A stretch of DNA of 29,071 nucleotides from an uncultured Bacteroidota bacterium (GTDB taxonomy: Bacteria > Bacteroidota > Bacteroidia > Bacteroidales > SZUA-534). The DNA lies in assembly GCA_937900725.1 (NCBI GenBank), contig CALCFP010000400.1, forward strand, positions 1-29,071, written 5' to 3'. Positions 25,485 through 29,071 of this stretch are shown one piece after another (within the stretch, counting starts at the first letter, position 1; every line of letters begins with the position of its first letter). The position numbers were made by a program, and so were the translations under genes. The notes beneath the pieces are model-generated. The model worked only from the letters and a program-made list of their open reading frames with translations. It was not told where the DNA came from and made no database searches.

Positions 25485-26594
25485 TCAAGAAAAATCCATA
25501 AGTCCTTCAAATTGCGCAACTACATTCTTAATGTGGTACTTCTCAATGTCCTTTATTACCAATTCTTTAGAATAATCTCCGCTTAAAAATTGGTCAATGG
25601 CTTGAGTGTCTATGCCTTGTGGATTGATGTCGAGTATTGGCCTGTTGGCGATGCCATAATCAATCAGTTTGCTCGGTATTTGGTTGGGACTGTTTATGTT
25701 CTTTATGTTTACCAGAAAATCCATTTTCTTCAGTTCCTCTATTAGTTCCAACCTTTGAATGGGTGCTTTTATTACTAGTTTGTCTTTTAGTAAACTTTGG
25801 TGCCCGATTAGCAAATCAGTGTATCGGGTATATACAATAAACCTGAAATCCTTGTCAATTGTAGCCAGATAGTCAAGAAACGGCTTGGGGTTCCTGATGT
25901 CAGGATAGAACATCCCAGCGAAGGCGAAGGTCGGTATGTCGTTGTGAACAGGTTTGCGGGCGATGTTTTCCAAATCGAAGTCGAAACCTTGTGGAATGAC
26001 CTTGATTTTTTTTCGGTAGTCAGGATAGTAAGCCTCAATTGCCTCTTTTACAGGAACAGTAATGTAGTCGCAGTTTTTGCAGAATGAATGTTCGTATTTC
26101 GCAAAAAATTTCAAGTGCTCTTTTGCTTGGCCGTTTTTCATAAACGGGTCGCCACAATCTGCTATCCAAATCTTTGGAAATGAATCGGGGCTCTCTATTT
26201 TTGCTTTTGCGCACCCCCAATGAATGTGGTGTGGCGCTGCAATGGATATCAATGCGTCAAAGCGCTCTTCGTGCTTTATGATTTCGGCAATTCGGAAGTA
26301 GAATTCAAATAGCGGGAATTCAAGTCTATTAAGCAGATGGCTTGCTACTTTGTCAATAAATGTGCGGTTGTTGCTTCCGTCGCTATTGTATGGCGATTTC
26401 TCCCATTTTATGGGTATGTTTTTCACCCTGATGCCTGTCTGTTGCTGAAATGAACGATAGTCGTATTTGCCTAATACGGCATAAACCGTGACATCGTGTC
26501 CGCGCCGTGCAAGTTCTTTTATCAGTTCAGTGCTTCGTATTGACCGAGGTGTCTGTATGGGAAATATGTGTTGGGTTACAACAAGTATCTTCAT
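25485..26594 (-). CDS. Glycosyltransferase (GT4-like, GT-B fold)
   Basis: ELARRGHDVTV, WIADCGDPF, FAFAGMFY and PSKLIDY. Confidence 0.75.
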   Translation of the reverse strand: MKILVVTQHIFPIQTPRSIRSTELIKELARRGHDVTVYAVLGKYDYRSFQQQTGIRVKNIPIKWEKSPYNSDGSNNRTFIDKVASHLLNRLEFPLFEFYFRIAEIIKHEERFDALISIAAPHHIHWGCAKAKIESPDSFPKIWIADCGDPFMKNGQAKEHLKFFAKYEHSFCKNCDYITVPVKEAIEAYYPDYRKKIKVIPQGFDFDLENIARKPVHNDIPTFAFAGMFYPDIRNPKPFLDYLATIDKDFRFIVYTRYTDLLIGHQSLLKDKLVIKAPIQRLELIEELKKMDFLVNIKNINSPNQIPSKLIDYGIANRPILDINPQGIDTQAIDQFLSGDYSKELVIKDIEKYHIKNVVAQFEGLMDFS

Positions 26595-26595
26595 T

Positions 26596-27684
26596 TTACA
26601 ATTGGCTGATGATTATGTCAATAATCCTTTCGGCTGTCTTTCCGTCCCACATTGGTGGAATTCCGCCCGATTTCCAACTGCCTGCAAAAAGCCTATTTAG
26701 GGCGGGAATCAGGTTGGCAGGATTGGTGCCGATGAGTTCGTTGGTGCCAATGGCACAAGTTTCAGGTCTTTCAGTATTGTCGCGCATAGTTAGGCACGGA
26801 ATGTGCATTACGGTTGTTTCCTCGGTAATGCCTCCCGAATCGGTAATGACGGCCAGCGCATTCTTTACGCAATAAATAAACTCAAGGTATCCGAGTGGTT
26901 TGGTGTATTTTATGTTGCTGAAGTTGTGGTTGCACCCCGCAAGCCGTTGTTCTGTGCGAGGATGTATCGGAAAAACGACCGTTGTGTTTCTCACGTTGTC
27001 ATTTATGGTCTGCAGTATGCTGATTAAGTTGTCTGTATCATCAACATTGTTGGGCCTATGTAGCGTGAGAATGATATATTTCTGATCCGATAGGTTCAAT
27101 TCGTCAAACAGCGAAGGCCGTATGAGTTTGTTCTTGTTGGCCAATAGACTGTCTATCATGACGTTCCCTACAAAAAACATTTTACTGTCAGGCACACCTG
27201 CTTTATGCAGGTTTTGTTTTGCAAAGTCTGATGTTATGAAAAAGTAATCGGTGATGCTGTCGGTTACCATTCGGTTTATCTCTTCAGGCATCGATAGATC
27301 AAACGACCGTATGCCAGCCTCAATATGGGCGAGTTTTATACCCATCTTTTTTGCGACTATCGCGCAAGCCATTGTCGAGGTCACATCGCCGACGACTATT
27401 ACCAGGTCGGTTGGATTGTCTTTCAGGTACCGTTCAAAAGCAATCATTATTGATGCGGTTTGTTCGGCCTGCGTGCCACTGCCCGCCGCTAAATTTATGT
27501 CGGGTTCGGGAATGCCGAGTTCTTCAAAAAACAGACCGCTCATTAACTTGTCGTAATGTTGTCCAGTGTGTACAAGGCTGTATTTGATGTCCGCACCTTG
27601 GGCTTGCCTTGCTCTGATGGCATTTATTATTGGACTTATTTTTATGAAGTTTGGCCTTGCGCCTGCTACTATGGTTATGTGCAT
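26596..27684 (-). CDS. wecB: UDP-N-acetylglucosamine 2-epimerase (non-hydrolysing)
   Basis: GARPNFIK, HTGQHYD, VVGDVTST, HIEAGIRS, PEEINR, TDSGGITEE, TERPET and WDGK. Confidence 0.96.
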   Translation of the reverse strand: MHITIVAGARPNFIKISPIINAIRARQAQGADIKYSLVHTGQHYDKLMSGLFFEELGIPEPDINLAAGSGTQAEQTASIMIAFERYLKDNPTDLVIVVGDVTSTMACAIVAKKMGIKLAHIEAGIRSFDLSMPEEINRMVTDSITDYFFITSDFAKQNLHKAGVPDSKMFFVGNVMIDSLLANKNKLIRPSLFDELNLSDQKYIILTLHRPNNVDDTDNLISILQTINDNVRNTTVVFPIHPRTEQRLAGCNHNFSNIKYTKPLGYLEFIYCVKNALAVITDSGGITEETTVMHIPCLTMRDNTERPETCAIGTNELIGTNPANLIPALNRLFAGSWKSGGIPPMWDGKTAERIIDIIISQL

Positions 27685-27761
27685 TTTCCTGTTATTTTCG
27701 TGATGCTCAAAAGTTACCTATTTTATTTTTTTGTGGAGGCTGATAATCTCATTTTTTTACT

Positions 27762-28916
27762 CTATTCAATCACATCCAAAATCTCAACATCGAAAACGAG
27801 GTCGGCATTGGCGGGAATTGTAGGAGGAAGCCCTTCTTCGCCGTAGGCCAGGTTTGAGGGTATCAGCAACTGGAACCGTGAGCCTCTGCGCATCAGTAGC
27901 GAGGCCTCGTCCAAGCCGTCGATGATGATTCCTGCGCCGACAGGGTATCTTATTGGCGATTCGCGCTTCACCGACGAGTCGAAAAGAGTGCCGTCGGGCA
28001 GATAGCCCGAGTAGTGTGCCGTGACAATGCTGTTTCTCAAAATTTGTTCGCCATCTCCAGCGTCGAACACAATGTAGCGCAAACCCGAAGCAGTCGATAA
28101 TGTGTCGTGTCCCGATGCGTCCCATTTCTCAACCATAATCTCTTTTGAAATGTGTACCATCTCAATATCGATGGTTATGTCGGTTTTGGGCGGAATGCGA
28201 TTGCCGTAACCTTTCTCGCCAAATGCTAAATTCCACGGAATCATGAATTTGTATTTTCCGCCTTCGGGAATGAGTAAAAATGCGGTGTCCAAGCCTTCAA
28301 TGGTCTCGCCACATCCCGCCGTGAACCTGGTAGGGCTGCCAGAATGGATTGTGGAGGAATAGATGCTGCCATCGGGAAGCCAGCCAGTGTAGTGTACATA
28401 TACGTTGTCGCCCTTTGATGCTGGCTGTCCGTGGCCGTTTTGCACAGCGTAGTACACAATGCCGTTTGGCAGTTTGTTGGCAGTTGTGCCGTTGGTGTCT
28501 AGAGATTTGATTGGTTCAAAAACATCAACCTGAATGACTTTTATTTTAAAATGCAATGTTGAATTTTCAGGGATGCCTGCAATTGCCATTCCCCCATAGC
28601 CCAAGTGAGGCGGAACAGTTAAGTGGATTGTTCCACCTTCGCCAATCAATGGCAGGGCTTCTTCCCAGCCTTTAATCACCTGCCCTTGTCCCAGCCAGAA
28701 GTCGACGCTGCCAGTTTCTTCAGTTGAAACGAAAATGGTGTCGTTGTCGAGCCAGCCAGTGTATTCGAGCCATACTCGACAGCCCTTTTGAGGGTGTTTG
28801 TCGTTGCCAGGCTCGTCAATTTTGTACTTAAGTCCCGATGCAGTCGTTGTGAATTGTGCCGTAGCAATGCTGGCCGACAGGCAGATTATTGCCATCATGA
28901 CGATTTTCGTTGTCAT
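27762..28916 (-). CDS. Exported peptidyl-prolyl cis-trans isomerase with three FKBP domains
   Basis: Signal peptide; three repeats of T.SGL.Y...Y(T/S)G.L.DG..F.S...I.G..E...(V/I)P..L(G/A)(Y/F)G...IP....L.F. Confidence 0.9.
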   Translation of the reverse strand: MTTKIVMMAIICLSASIATAQFTTTASGLKYKIDEPGNDKHPQKGCRVWLEYTGWLDNDTIFVSTEETGSVDFWLGQGQVIKGWEEALPLIGEGGTIHLTVPPHLGYGGMAIAGIPENSTLHFKIKVIQVDVFEPIKSLDTNGTTANKLPNGIVYYAVQNGHGQPASKGDNVYVHYTGWLPDGSIYSSTIHSGSPTRFTAGCGETIEGLDTAFLLIPEGGKYKFMIPWNLAFGEKGYGNRIPPKTDITIDIEMVHISKEIMVEKWDASGHDTLSTASGLRYIVFDAGDGEQILRNSIVTAHYSGYLPDGTLFDSSVKRESPIRYPVGAGIIIDGLDEASLLMRRGSRFQLLIPSNLAYGEEGLPPTIPANADLVFDVEILDVIE

Positions 28917-29071
28917 ATTTGCAAAGTTTAAAGTTTAGCGCCTTGTGAATAATACATTTCATGGTTCTCAAAATCCAATAACAAATTATCCTTGTTGGGG
29001 AAATTACGCATATCTTTTTAAAGTTTTGGATAATTTAATCGGTTTACACATTAAACATATAATAGTAGCAT

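Noticed and set aside
6..28867. Many 60-170-aa ORFs in the track overlapping larger genes (e.g. 6-206, 8629-8841, 13316-13576, 21455-21961, 24004-24405)
   Set aside because: Antisense or alternate-frame shadows of well-supported genes, repeats or spacers, with no recognisable motifs.

Overview
Bacteroidales-type chromosomal window (inferred from TAnnTTTG promoters, a T9SS substrate and the rplM-rpsI-rpsB gene order). Left end: rplM-rpsI-rpsB (partial) and a large PKD-repeat T9SS-secreted protein. Centre (about 4.8-23.6 kb, minus strand): an AT-rich ABC-transporter (Wzm/Wzt) surface-glycan locus with a dTDP-3-acylamino-3,6-dideoxyhexose pathway (two FdtA-like cupins, an acyltransferase, FdtB), GT2/GT4 glycosyltransferases, GNAT, FemAB-like and hexapeptide acyltransferases, and a deacetylase. 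Right end: U32 peptidase, a GT, wecB and a triple-FKBP PPIase. The main finding is a family of 9-10-bp-period CAC(G/T)AATT repeat arms arranged as inverted pairs at six gene junctions between 4.69 and 13.34 kb. They bracket a GxxExxY PD-(D/E)XK nuclease gene, an AAA-DUF4143 ATPase gene and a RhuM gene that is cut off exactly at a repeat, next to two collapsed glycan-gene remnants. A four-helix-bundle gene between wzm and wzt shows the same layout with inverted heptamer arrays. Together these suggest repeat-bracketed mini-elements that insert at gene junctions and remodel the glycan locus. This is inference; no database searches were run.
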